From the NCBI GenBank assembly GCA_964393665.1, contig CAYMVB010000077.1, forward strand, positions 1 to 34,167: DNA of 34,167 nucleotides. Direction: 5' to 3'. A program made the position numbers and the translations under genes. The stretch is from an uncultured Desulfobacteraceae bacterium (lineage in GTDB: Bacteria > Desulfobacterota > DSM-4660 > Desulfatiglandales > B25-G16). Shown one piece after another: positions 17,213 through 26,592 of the stretch. Under the pieces are notes generated by a model. The model was given only the letters and a program-made list of their open reading frames with translations. It was not told where the DNA came from and searched no databases. How positions within the stretch are numbered: the first letter of the stretch is position 1; each line of letters starts with the position of its first letter.

Positions 17213-18538
17213 CTAATTAAGCATTAATTTAGGAAGCCATAAGGTTAATTGAGGGAATATATATAATAATATCAAAGTCGGTAATTCAATAAATAGATAA
17301 GGAACAACTCCTTTTATTATATCACCGTCTGTAACCTCCGGAGGGGCAACACCTTTTAGAAAAAATATATTATATGCAAATGGTGGCGTTATATATGACA
17401 TCTTTAAGACAACGCAAAAAAGCAACGCAAACCATACGGGCTCGGCACCTATTGTTTTAAGTATGGGAACAAATATAGGAACTATTACTAATAGTATGCC
17501 AATCCAATCCATAAACATACCTAAAACGAAAACCAGCATCAGCATAATCATGATTGAAACAAGCTTATTGCCTCCACTAATACCAAAGATAAATGCTTCT
17601 ATCACATCCGCGCCGCCTAAAGCCATAAACGATGTAGTAAAAAATCCGGCAAGCAACATGATCATAAATACCATGCCGCAGGTTTTTGCAAGGGTGAGAA
17701 GTGCCTTTTGCATGGTTTCAAAATTTAAATGGCCATAAAAGGCAGTCAGGATTACCGAGATAAAGGCTCCGACACCGGCTGCTTCAGTAGGGGAGGCAAT
17801 TCCTGCGAATATTGAACCGAGGACGCCCAGAATAAGGGCTACAGGAGGAAAAAGATCTCTAATTATTAAAAAAAGGATCGTGCCCTTTGCTACCTCTTTT
17901 CGAGTCTCAGGAGGTAATGGTGGGCCTAGCTTCGGATTGATTGCACATCTTATAGCGATATAGGTCAAATAGGATAACCCTAATATGAGGCCGGGTATTA
18001 CCGCTGCTATAAAAAGACGAGCAATTCCAATTCCTGAAGCAGGCCCGTACAAAATCAGCATTATGCTGGGCGGGATAATAACCCCTAAGCCACCTCCTCC
18101 TGCGATACATCCTGCAACCATGCTCTTATCATAATTGCGGGATAGCATTGCAGGCATGGCAACAAGGCCCATCATGACGACTGTTGTCCCTGCTATCCCG
18201 GTACAGGCATCGAAGATGATAATTGCTATCATAGTACCTAAAAGCAGTCCACCTTTTAAGCGGCCCATTAAAAGATGCATGGTGCTGTATAATCTTTCAG
18301 CTATTCCCGCCTGCTCTAACATGCATCCCATAAAGATAAAAAGTGTGATAGCCTCCATTTCGTAGCTTGTCATCATGGTCATTGTACGGGCGGGAAGCAT
18401 TGCAATGAGGTCCATACCCCACGCAATATATCCAAATATCAATGCTAAAATGCCTAAAACAAATGCAACATGAAAACCGGCTATTATGAGGCCTATAAGG
18501 CCTAAAAACATTATTACGGCAAGTTGTGTCTCTGTCAT
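17213..18538 (-). CDS. dctM: TRAP transporter large permease DctM
   Basis: LFIFMG..LEQAGIAERL, GGLGVIIPPS, LF.AA.IPG, GIASPTEAAGVGA, LGMFMDW, ITPPF. Confidence 0.92.
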   Translation of the reverse strand: MTETQLAVIMFLGLIGLIIAGFHVAFVLGILALIFGYIAWGMDLIAMLPARTMTMMTSYEMEAITLFIFMGCMLEQAGIAERLYSTMHLLMGRLKGGLLLGTMIAIIIFDACTGIAGTTVVMMGLVAMPAMLSRNYDKSMVAGCIAGGGGLGVIIPPSIMLILYGPASGIGIARLFIAAVIPGLILGLSYLTYIAIRCAINPKLGPPLPPETRKEVAKGTILFLIIRDLFPPVALILGVLGSIFAGIASPTEAAGVGAFISVILTAFYGHLNFETMQKALLTLAKTCGMVFMIMLLAGFFTTSFMALGGADVIEAFIFGISGGNKLVSIMIMLMLVFVLGMFMDWIGILLVIVPIFVPILKTIGAEPVWFALLFCVVLKMSYITPPFAYNIFFLKGVAPPEVTDGDIIKGVVPYLFIELPTLILLYIFPQLTLWLPKLMLN

Positions 18539-19038
18539 TATTCCTTCCCTTTTATGACCACTGATAGGCTGCGGATAAATTCTGCTATCCCCTGAAGACC
18601 TAACAGGCCAAAGGCTACCGGAATCATCGTTTTAATGGGATAAACAGGGGCTCCTACGGTTGTATGCCATGAGCATTCCTTTATTTCCCATGCGGTTTTA
18701 GCAAATGAAATGCCATAAAAAACCAAGAACCCGCATATAGTCAAGAGAAATAAGTAGGAAATAGAAGTAATTATTGCCTGCATCCTCGGAGGGTATAGCT
18801 TAAATAATGGGTCTACCCTGACATGTCCTTTTTCTACAAGTGTATAGGTAAATGCGAAAAGAAAAACCATGGAGTAGAACATCCAAGCCAGCTCAAAGGA
18901 CCAGTCATCTCCCCTGTGAAAAAAATATCGCTCTACAACTATGGCAACAGTAACGAGCATCTGAAAAACAACAAACCAGCTTGAAACGTTGCCTGATAAG
19001 CGACTAAGCGTGTCAATATATTTCAAAAAACGATTCAT
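18538..19038 (-). CDS. dctQ: TRAP transporter small permease DctQ
   Basis: Four TM segments, V.RY, W..EL, GHVRVD, PVYPIKT.IP; 1-nt overlap with dctM. Confidence 0.9.
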   Translation of the reverse strand: MNRFLKYIDTLSRLSGNVSSWFVVFQMLVTVAIVVERYFFHRGDDWSFELAWMFYSMVFLFAFTYTLVEKGHVRVDPLFKLYPPRMQAIITSISYLFLLTICGFLVFYGISFAKTAWEIKECSWHTTVGAPVYPIKTMIPVAFGLLGLQGIAEFIRSLSVVIKGKE

Positions 19039-19075
19039 TCCTCATACCTTTGTTTAAAGTAAACGTATCGCATGC

Positions 19076-19115
19076 CACTTCCCTTCTTTTCTTAGTTTAA
19101 AAAAGAAGGGAAGTG
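19076..19115 (-). terminator. Perfect 15-bp stem-loop between dctP and dctQ
   Basis: CACTTCCCTTCTTTT-10 nt-AAAAGAAGGGAAGTG, just after the dctP stop. Confidence 0.65.
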
Positions 19116-19121
19116 CATATT

Positions 19122-20189
19122 TTACCAAGGCTCTATGGCATATTCTTTATATTTGTCAAAAAAGACTTTTTGGTGATCAAGTATCTTTTTGGCCCAGGGA
19201 TCACCCGTGGCAATAATTCTATTTCTCGCTCTTTCTGTTGCTTTCTCAAATTCCGCCTGCATTTCCGGTGTTACCTTGATTACCTCCCATTTGTCCTGCC
19301 ATTTTTCGGCCATAACTTGATCCATATATCCACCATATTCAAAGGCATGCCACATGCTTGCATCTGCAGCATATTTAACTACCTTCTTAAGGTCATCCGG
19401 CAGTGCCTTCCATGAATCCATATTTATAAATATCTGGACGGTGGCCCCAACAGGCTGATGAATAGCTCCAACCAGCACGTATTTGGCGACATCCTCTATG
19501 CCTGATTTTGAATCTATGTAAAATGAGCTCATTTCGCAGGCATCCAATTCGCCTCTTGACATGGCCGGTGTCACATCGGTCATAGGTATAGAAACACACG
19601 TACATCCCAATTCTTCAAAGAAAACCTTATTTAAACCTGAGGTTCTAATCTTAAGCCCTTTAAAATCCTCAATTTTCCTAAGAGGCTTAATTGAATAAAC
19701 AGCCTCAGAGGCCGTGATGACAACTGGAAAACTTGTAAGATTGAATTTGCTTTGGAAATATTCATTATAGAGGTCTAAGCCTCCTCCCTCGTATAGGTAT
19801 CGTACTTGTGAAAAAATGCTCTCATTTGTCCATCCAGGCCTACTTCCAATGGAAAGCCCTGCGTACGGTAACGTGCCGGCAACATACATACCGCTATTAT
19901 GGGTCAAATCCAATCTTCCCGCTGATGTCTCAGTCATGGCCTCTATTGGCCCTACTATTTCTCCACAGGCAAACATCTTTGGGATTACGAGGCGGCCACC
20001 ACTCATTTTATTAAGTGCTTCAACAAAATATTCTGCCTCATCATGAAAAGCATCACCACGGTTCCACGCTGATTGTGCCCTCCATTTAATCACCTCATCC
20101 TTTGCTTGTGCTGGTCTTTCACAAACGATAATGAAAAAGGTAAAGGCAACTGCCACTAACATAAACAATGAAAACCATCTTTTTGTCAT
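19122..20189 (-). CDS. dctP: TRAP solute-binding protein DctP (TakP/FcbT1-like subfamily)
   Basis: Signal peptide (..AQA|K), IKWRAQSAW, MSGGRL, EDFKGLKIRTSG (conserved Arg), W.ALPDDLK. Start set at ATG 20189 with GGAGGA upstream. Confidence 0.9.
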   Translation of the reverse strand: MTKRWFSLFMLVAVAFTFFIIVCERPAQAKDEVIKWRAQSAWNRGDAFHDEAEYFVEALNKMSGGRLVIPKMFACGEIVGPIEAMTETSAGRLDLTHNSGMYVAGTLPYAGLSIGSRPGWTNESIFSQVRYLYEGGGLDLYNEYFQSKFNLTSFPVVITASEAVYSIKPLRKIEDFKGLKIRTSGLNKVFFEELGCTCVSIPMTDVTPAMSRGELDACEMSSFYIDSKSGIEDVAKYVLVGAIHQPVGATVQIFINMDSWKALPDDLKKVVKYAADASMWHAFEYGGYMDQVMAEKWQDKWEVIKVTPEMQAEFEKATERARNRIIATGDPWAKKILDHQKVFFDKYKEYAIEPW

Positions 20190-20293
20190 TTTTTCCTCCA
20201 TCTTTAAAAAATTATCACTCGATAGTTCTTTCCGATATACGTATTTTTTTAGAATGAATTCCTCCTTTCTCTTTAAGGTTAAACACATCCGTT

Positions 20294-20971
20294 TTAATTA
20301 CTTTGTCCCCTCTGGTTTCTATCTAAAATCTTTTTTTTTAGAAAATCAAAGGTGAAATTGATATGTTCTTTCATAAATTTTTTTGCTTTTGAATATTCGC
20401 CGTTCTTAATAAAGTCCAAAATTTGATTATGCTCCTCAATAGAGCGCCTGCCAGAAGTAGGGATATATAAATAAATGAATTGATACCTGGCCAAATGAGA
20501 AGAAATTGAATTATAAAAATGAATAACCCAGTTATTTCCAGTGGAATCAATAAGCTTTATATGAAAATCTACAAACGCCTCAAGGTAGCTGAATATCTCC
20601 TCGCTGTTATCCTGAGAAGGCGTGGACAGACGTGATGCTGCTTCCACTGAGGCAATGACACTGGGGAGAGTTTTTATGTTTTTCGCCTTTAATATATCAA
20701 TAGAATAGCACTCGAGCATTTCCCTTGTCTGATAAATATTTTCCAGGTCTTCTATTGAGATCGTGGTAACATTAGTCCCCTTTCTTGGACTATTTATAAC
20801 GAGATGCTCATTTTCCAAAATCCTCAAAGCCTCACGTATTGGAGGTCTGCTGATTTTAAGGCGGGCCGCTAAATCTGTTTCATTGATTCTCTGCCCAGCA
20901 GCTATCTCGCCTGTTATTATTTGTTTCCTTAGATATTCTGTTGCAATACTTGTTACGGTTTTAATTTCCAT
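20294..20971 (-). CDS. GntR family regulator with FCD domain
   Basis: LR..IITG...GQRINE.DLA.RL.ISRPPIREAL..L helix-turn-helix; RE.LE, FH, GN, EH in the FCD domain. Confidence 0.92.
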   Translation of the reverse strand: MEIKTVTSIATEYLRKQIITGEIAAGQRINETDLAARLKISRPPIREALRILENEHLVINSPRKGTNVTTISIEDLENIYQTREMLECYSIDILKAKNIKTLPSVIASVEAASRLSTPSQDNSEEIFSYLEAFVDFHIKLIDSTGNNWVIHFYNSISSHLARYQFIYLYIPTSGRRSIEEHNQILDFIKNGEYSKAKKFMKEHINFTFDFLKKKILDRNQRGQSN

Positions 20972-20983
20972 TATTGTTTTCCT

Positions 20984-21031
20984 GCCTACAGTCTACAGTC
21001 TACAATAGTTCAACACTATTACATTTGTCAA
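20984..21031 (-). promoter_or_regulatory. Sigma70 promoter of gntR overlapped by tandem 7-bp repeats (candidate GntR operator)
   Basis: Minus strand TTGACA-18 nt-TATTGT, overlapped and followed by TGTAGAC TGTAGAC TGTAGGC; AATAGT-N5-ACTATT palindrome at 21004-21020. Confidence 0.65.
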
Positions 21032-21155
21032 GAAAAAATTTGCTTGATTTTTTTATTGTACAAAAAAAAGTAGAAAGAGATTAGACGGGTGTATAAAAAA
21101 AGTATGTTTCATGAAGGGAGAATAAGAAGGAATAGGGTCAAGGTGTGGCTGTAAT

Positions 21156-21560
21156 CTATTTCTCTAAAACTTCTATAACGCCTGATGTGGCATCAACCTT
21201 GACGTAATCATCAGTTTTTATGACTGCAACTACATTAACGTCGGGGCGATCAACAGCAGGGATTTCTGTTGCTATTACTGCGCCGGATAGGACCGGTTCA
21301 CTTTCGAGACAAATTATGGCAGCGGGTGCCTTCCCGTTTTTCTTTGCATTCCAGGCAGCAAAATCGCAGCCACTGGAGCCTTTTCCAGTCGTAAATACAA
21401 AAATCTTATAAGCTAAATTTACCCCCTGCAATTTATGGCGAGGCATACAAATCTTACCTGTGACAGGGTCCAGATCTCCCAAAAAAGCGAAAGGACCATC
21501 GTATACAACAGCCCTCCCTTCTGCCTTGCCGGCACTTACCATATGTGCTTTTATTTCCAT
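21156..21560 (-). CDS. Aconitase X swivel (small) subunit, DUF126
   Basis: G.AEG.A.V, F.FLGDLDP.TG.I...H.L.G.NL..KI.VF..GKGSS, APAAII, IPAVD. ATG 21560 overlaps the end of the large-subunit gene. Confidence 0.88.
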   Translation of the reverse strand: MEIKAHMVSAGKAEGRAVVYDGPFAFLGDLDPVTGKICMPRHKLQGVNLAYKIFVFTTGKGSSGCDFAAWNAKKNGKAPAAIICLESEPVLSGAVIATEIPAVDRPDVNVVAVIKTDDYVKVDATSGVIEVLEK

Positions 21561-22810
21561 TTTGGTATTTCTCCGTTCCACGTTCCTGTTATGGCAGCAT
21601 GTATGCATTCTTCCTCAGTACCAAAAAATACCTTGACACCACAGACAGAGGCAATATAATGCGCACTTCGCGCAGAGTTTGTCGCAGCACTTTTTGCTTG
21701 CTTGTCCCCAGCAATATCCGCCCTGGTGAAAGGATTTGCAATAGAAGGACAGGCAGGGAGAAAGTGGCCTCCTGCCTTCTCAATAATAGTTGCCCAGCCC
21801 TGCTGCCTTGCGAGGGCTTCAACAGGTGCGGAGGCCCCTATCAACATGGATGTTCTTAAGGTTTTACCGTCAACAAGGGAGGCTATTCGTCCAATCTCAT
21901 CAATCGTTGCATGGGGACATCCAAAGGCGACGTGTTCTACGTTATCATCATCCCATACATTAAGCCTTTCCCATGTTTCTTGCATTTCTCGTTTTCCAAC
22001 CTTAATTACCTGCTGATTTTTTCTATTTCCCAGGGCTGCCTCGAGTGTAGGCGCTTCTGGTGTGGTACCCACGATATGCGCCAGCGTAACAGCGCCTGAG
22101 CTAGGCATTGATATGACTAATGCCCTGGCAAAATCAAATGGTATATTCGGTGGCAACCCTTTTACTGCAATAGGCTTGAAGCCTGGTACCTGATCGCCAA
22201 TATAGTAGCCAAGACAGTGATAATGCGCAATAGTCCAGTCTGATATGTCCAAATCCTCCACATCAACGATATAGTCTGCGTAACGGTTTTCAGGGATAAG
22301 CAGGCCCATTAATGGAGTTCGGCCGCATACTGCGGCAGCTAAAGATACAAGAATTCCCATTCTATCCACTCTTGCGCCAAACAGGCTATTGTTGGCTACC
22401 TGCATGCAGCTCCCACCCATAGGCACTATATCACCTTTTCTTGGGAATATACCAAGAAGATACTCGGCACAGGTCTCTGTGCGTAACCATCCCAGCTCAA
22501 GATACCGTTTTAGTTTTTCATTATGTTCCTTCTCCCAGGTACCCGCGAAACTCAAACCCCACTCTTTCCACTTCTCAGGGGAATAAGACGGATGAGTAGT
22601 AACCCTGTGCGGGGTGCTGGTTAGATCCTCTGTAAACATATCCCAGAAATCCTTCGGACAAAAGTCATAGCTGATGTGTGCATACGTAATCGGGCTTAAT
22701 CTCTCTGCATCAAAGGAATCTCCAAGTTTCACTATTAGTTCTATTGATCTCTGAACACCACTTCCATATTTCCCACCGAGCATCCGTTTTTCTTCATCCG
22801 TAAGAACCAT
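21551..22810 (-). CDS. Aconitase X catalytic (large) subunit, DUF521
   Basis: LTDEEKRML.G, AHIS, TCAEY, NSLFGAR, AAAVCGRTP, SGAV.L.HIVG.TPEA, GCPH, PAC, TNSAR.AHY. Confidence 0.88.
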   Translation of the reverse strand: MVLTDEEKRMLGGKYGSGVQRSIELIVKLGDSFDAERLSPITYAHISYDFCPKDFWDMFTEDLTSTPHRVTTHPSYSPEKWKEWGLSFAGTWEKEHNEKLKRYLELGWLRTETCAEYLLGIFPRKGDIVPMGGSCMQVANNSLFGARVDRMGILVSLAAAVCGRTPLMGLLIPENRYADYIVDVEDLDISDWTIAHYHCLGYYIGDQVPGFKPIAVKGLPPNIPFDFARALVISMPSSGAVTLAHIVGTTPEAPTLEAALGNRKNQQVIKVGKREMQETWERLNVWDDDNVEHVAFGCPHATIDEIGRIASLVDGKTLRTSMLIGASAPVEALARQQGWATIIEKAGGHFLPACPSIANPFTRADIAGDKQAKSAATNSARSAHYIASVCGVKVFFGTEEECIHAAITGTWNGEIPKWK

Positions 22811-22950
22811 CTTTATTACCCTTTATTACCATACGGTAAATAGCAGCCTTGCTCCATATGTTTCCCTATTCTGTTTATGCATCTACAAAAACCTCGACAT
22901 CTTCAAGAGGGAGGAGGCCTTATAGGAAGATCAAAAAACGCAACCTCACG

Positions 22951-23421
22951 TTATTTATAGATCAATTTCTGGTATGCCTCCTGGATTTCTTTAAATCTTG
23001 CCTCTGCGAGCTCTTTAAACTCATCGCCAAGATAATTTACCTTGTCGGGGTGATACTTTCCAGCCAATTTCCTGTAGGCACTCTTTATTTCTTCTTTTGA
23101 GGCGTTTTTATCTACACCCAATATTTCATACGGAGCAGGGCCTGAAAATCTGTTATTTTCTTTAGAGGTTCCCTGCCCTTCCTGGTAATTGCTACCTTCA
23201 CTGTCTGCCCGTTGCTGGTAGCTTGCCCGATTATATCGTTCTCTCTCATATTTTTGCCTTGCCTTTGCAGGTCTATGTATAAAGTGATAATAATAGAGTC
23301 CCCCTAATACAATCAAATCGTCAATCCAACCAAGCCCTACTAAAAAATCAGGTAAAAGGTCATAAGGACAGATTGCATAAAGTATTGGGATTAGATAGAT
23401 CAGTATTCTCACTTCAAACAC
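22951..23421 (-). CDS. DUF1232 membrane domain fused to a DnaJ J-domain (GTG start)
   Basis: [16 protein letters not shown]; PYEILGV...[17 protein letters not shown]...F.EIQEAY. Confidence 0.85.
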   Translation of the reverse strand: MFEVRILIYLIPILYAICPYDLLPDFLVGLGWIDDLIVLGGLYYYHFIHRPAKARQKYERERYNRASYQQRADSEGSNYQEGQGTSKENNRFSGPAPYEILGVDKNASKEEIKSAYRKLAGKYHPDKVNYLGDEFKELAEARFKEIQEAYQKLIYK

Positions 23422-23423
23422 GT

Positions 23424-24386
23424 TTATCCAAATGTTACCTTTGTGCCGACACTATTCAGTGCAAAGGATGAAGGGAATTCCTCTGAGAATCTTTTGATAG
23501 CATTCCAGCCAGTGCAGTGCATTGGAGTGATAAGTTGAGGGTCCATTTTCTTAAACTCCCTGATTGTTTCCTCAATTATAGGCTCAAATATAGGTCCTGA
23601 TAAATGGAAGCCTCCTAATACACCGTAAACCTTCTCAACGCCGGTTACCTTCTTTGCATACATGATGGTGTTAACAATGCCTGCATGAGCACAACCTGAT
23701 ACAACCACAAGACCTTTTCCCTTAACATGTACGGCAATTGCCTGGTCATCTAATATGGGATCAAACAGGCTTTTACCATCCTTTTCATAGGTTGCGTTTG
23801 GCAGTCCTTTTTCAAAACTTGTTACTCTCTCTACCTCCCCTGTTATCAGTATCATGTCTTCTGCCAGCAAATACGGCAATTTATTCTCAATGATATTGAT
23901 CCCTGCAGCAAGCATTTCTTCTTTTTTTAGGGTTTGGGGAAATTTAATCTTCCTCCCGTCATCAAGGCCAAAGAATCGCGGTGAAACAAAGGCATCCGGG
24001 TGAACTATTAAGGGGATTTGTCTTCCTACAGCGGCCATTACGGGATACAGTGAACCAGTATGGTCCATGTGTCCATGGCTAAGAACAATGGCCTCTATAT
24101 CTTTTGGATTTATACCTAAAAGATCCATATTATGAGGAACGCCGATATTTGTGTATCCACAATCGAAAAGAATTGTGTGAGATGCATCACCCTTTTTTAC
24201 GGTAAGCAAGAGGGATAGGCCATGTTCCGCTAAAAGTGCATCAGCAGGAATATCGCCGCCTATAGCTAAAGGTGGTCTTCTGACACCGGGTGAATTTCTA
24301 AGAAGAACATCCACATAATTATCCATCAGTGTGGTTACCTCGAGGGTATCCACCTCTTTCATTGTATCTTTCATTGTATTGATCAT
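23424..24386 (-). CDS. MBL-fold metallo-hydrolase (COG1237 type)
   Basis: [43 protein letters not shown]. Confidence 0.88.
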   Translation of the reverse strand: MINTMKDTMKEVDTLEVTTLMDNYVDVLLRNSPGVRRPPLAIGGDIPADALLAEHGLSLLLTVKKGDASHTILFDCGYTNIGVPHNMDLLGINPKDIEAIVLSHGHMDHTGSLYPVMAAVGRQIPLIVHPDAFVSPRFFGLDDGRKIKFPQTLKKEEMLAAGINIIENKLPYLLAEDMILITGEVERVTSFEKGLPNATYEKDGKSLFDPILDDQAIAVHVKGKGLVVVSGCAHAGIVNTIMYAKKVTGVEKVYGVLGGFHLSGPIFEPIIEETIREFKKMDPQLITPMHCTGWNAIKRFSEEFPSSFALNSVGTKVTFG

Positions 24387-24427
24387 GTTTACCTCGAAAA
24401 ATTTTGTTATGAGAAAAGCCTCTCAAA

Positions 24428-24505
24428 ATGAAATAGTTTTATTATTTCATACCCCATACAGTTAAAGATTATCTTTATTTGTTATTCTATACCTGTATTA
24501 TATCA
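24428..24505 (-). promoter_or_regulatory. Extended -10 promoter and downstream palindrome before the MBL hydrolase gene
   Basis: Minus strand TG-A-TATAAT at 24505-24497; ATGAAATA-N7-TATTTCAT at 24428-24450. Confidence 0.45.
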
Positions 24506-24508
24506 TAT

Positions 24509-25504
24509 TCAACCATGATTCCAGGGAAATACATCATCACGTTCAAAATCAGGGATAACATGATCTTTAGATTCAAATGGAGCAGGTTGTGTGTAGACGT
24601 TTTCGAAACCCAATTCCTTAGCCCTTTTCAAGACAGCAGCATACTCCTCCCTGAAGACACGCCTCTTTATGTCTTTCGTTGGTTTATGGCACGGATAGTA
24701 CTGACTCATGATACTAATAAATACCTCATGTGAGAGATTTTTTGCTATCCATTCTAATATCTGGCATGACTCATCAACATGATTTGGCAAAACAAGGTGC
24801 CTTATGAGTAAGCCTTTTTTTGCATTTCCCTCATCATCAATCTCAAGGTTTCCCACTTGCCTGTACATCTCCTTTATTGCATCAGTCGCCTTTTCAGGGT
24901 AATCAATGGCGTTAGATAATCTAAATGACGTATCTTTATTACAATACTTAAAATCAGGTAAATATATATCTATAATCCCATTAAGCTTGGAGATGGTTTC
25001 ATAGGAATCATAGGCGCTTGTATTATAAACTAAAGGTATGGTGAGGCCCTGTTCAAATGCCTTTTTTAATGCCTTAAGAAGAGGGATGATAACATGGGTA
25101 GGCGTGACCAGATTAATATTTAAAGACTTTCTTTTTTGCAGGGAAAGGAAGGCAGATGCCAAATCATCAATAGAGAAAATAGAGCCATGAATATGCCAGC
25201 TAATCTGATAATTTTGGCAGTAAACGCACTTCAAATTACAACCACTAAAAAAAACGGTTCCTGAGCCACAAAGGAAGGATTGTGTCTTTTTATTGTTGTT
25301 GTAGTCGTAATATCCACTCAAACAAGGCTCTTCGCCAAAATGAAGGTCATAACTTGATACTACCGGCAATGCCCCAACTCCGCAGATACCAATTTCCCCC
25401 TTATCTCTGTTTACATGGCATTTCCTGGGGCACAAACTACAGCTAACAAGGTTTTCCTCAAGATCATTGAGCGCTTTATTAATCAAATCTATTTTTTTAT
25501 CCAT
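24509..25504 (-). CDS. PflX-like radical SAM protein (COG1313 type)
   Basis: CSLCPRKC.VNR..G..G.C, HFGEEP, GSGTVFFSGCNLKCVYCQN, NLVTPTH, DIYLPDFKY, RHLVLP, MSQY.P. Confidence 0.88.
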   Translation of the reverse strand: MDKKIDLINKALNDLEENLVSCSLCPRKCHVNRDKGEIGICGVGALPVVSSYDLHFGEEPCLSGYYDYNNNKKTQSFLCGSGTVFFSGCNLKCVYCQNYQISWHIHGSIFSIDDLASAFLSLQKRKSLNINLVTPTHVIIPLLKALKKAFEQGLTIPLVYNTSAYDSYETISKLNGIIDIYLPDFKYCNKDTSFRLSNAIDYPEKATDAIKEMYRQVGNLEIDDEGNAKKGLLIRHLVLPNHVDESCQILEWIAKNLSHEVFISIMSQYYPCHKPTKDIKRRVFREEYAAVLKRAKELGFENVYTQPAPFESKDHVIPDFERDDVFPWNHG

Positions 25505-25536
25505 TTTATCTCAGAAATAAATATTTTTAAAACTAT

Positions 25537-26592
25537 TCAAGCGATAGACTTAGTCATTACAGATGATAAACTGGATAAAAGTTCTAAAATTTTTTTTGCT
25601 ATTTTCGGTTCTAATGTTCCTACCCCACAAGCAGGTGTAAGGATAGAGCGCTCAGATATGGTTTTTTTAGTGACCCCCCAATGGTGAATTACGTTAATCC
25701 CTTTTTCCAATCTCTCTTTAAGGTCAGCAACTGTTTCTTTCCCTGTGTATGATGTTGTAGGAACTATGCCCCACGCGATCGTGCCGCCCTTTTCTATAAA
25801 TTCTATTATGGATTTCTTGTAAAGGAGAAAATAGTCCATGTAATCAAAGGCATCAAAATTTACTATATCAATTCCCGTTTCAATTATCATAGACCAATCA
25901 GTGTTTCCGCAGCAATGGATGCCTATCAATGTGTCAGTGCGTGATCTTAAATAATCTATGATTTCTCTTATATATGTAATAACATCCTGTCTCTGTATGG
26001 GCGTAAAAGCCGAGCCAAAGCCGGAAAGGTATGGTTCATCAATAAAAAGAATGGTTTGCCTATTTGCATGAGACATCTTTTTTACAGCCCATAAACCTTT
26101 TATAGCAAGTCCCTTTATTATGATATCCATAATTTCATTGTTATAAAGCGCGGTTTTACCTGCTTTATCTATAAGACTCCCTGCGAAGGTAATAGGCCCA
26201 GCTATTTGACCCTTTATAAAGACACCTTGGTTATCCTGATTAGTATCAATTACGTCTAAAAGCTTAAATATACCTGCTGCGTATTCCGGACTAAAGGCAA
26301 AGTAATCTGTATCCTCAGACATAAAATGTTCATAAAAGGAGGTAAGCTCGCTATGATTATCATCGAAGTGGTTAATATAAAGTGATCTTTTCTCGGTGTT
26401 AACTTTTATGAGCGGCAAACCCTCACTTACCTGTACAGCCATATCTTCAAATAGATTTCTTTTAACAAATTGCGGCCAGAATGGAAATTTTGGAAAATTT
26501 TTAAGGATATCCCTGCATGACCCTTCTACGTCTAAGAATGGAACACTGCCAACACCGGTAGCAAGAAAGTTGAAGGAGATATTTTTTTTCAA
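25537..26592 (-). CDS. Single-domain 'core' methionine synthase (MetE C-terminal/URO-D fold, MesB-like); TTG start overlapping the efp stop
   Basis: TGVGSVP, WPQ, KGQIAGPIT, DEPYL, GIHCCGNTDW (HxC), FDAF, AWGIVPT, TPACG.G; 351 aa with no N-terminal folate-binding half. Confidence 0.72.
   Translation of the reverse strand: MKKNISFNFLATGVGSVPFLDVEGSCRDILKNFPKFPFWPQFVKRNLFEDMAVQVSEGLPLIKVNTEKRSLYINHFDDNHSELTSFYEHFMSEDTDYFAFSPEYAAGIFKLLDVIDTNQDNQGVFIKGQIAGPITFAGSLIDKAGKTALYNNEIMDIIIKGLAIKGLWAVKKMSHANRQTILFIDEPYLSGFGSAFTPIQRQDVITYIREIIDYLRSRTDTLIGIHCCGNTDWSMIIETGIDIVNFDAFDYMDYFLLYKKSIIEFIEKGGTIAWGIVPTTSYTGKETVADLKERLEKGINVIHHWGVTKKTISERSILTPACGVGTLEPKIAKKILELLSSLSSVMTKSIA

Noticed and set aside
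20190-20288. N-terminal extension of the DctP ORF; similar extensions on hbd, the SplB-like gene, acnX-S and exbD
   Set aside because: Downstream starts have better ribosome-binding sites or gene overlaps and match the expected domain or signal-peptide starts
22843-22858. Sigma54-like TGG...TGC on the minus strand upstream of acnX
   Set aside because: GG-GC spacing is one base short of the strict -24/-12 requirement and the CAC core is absent
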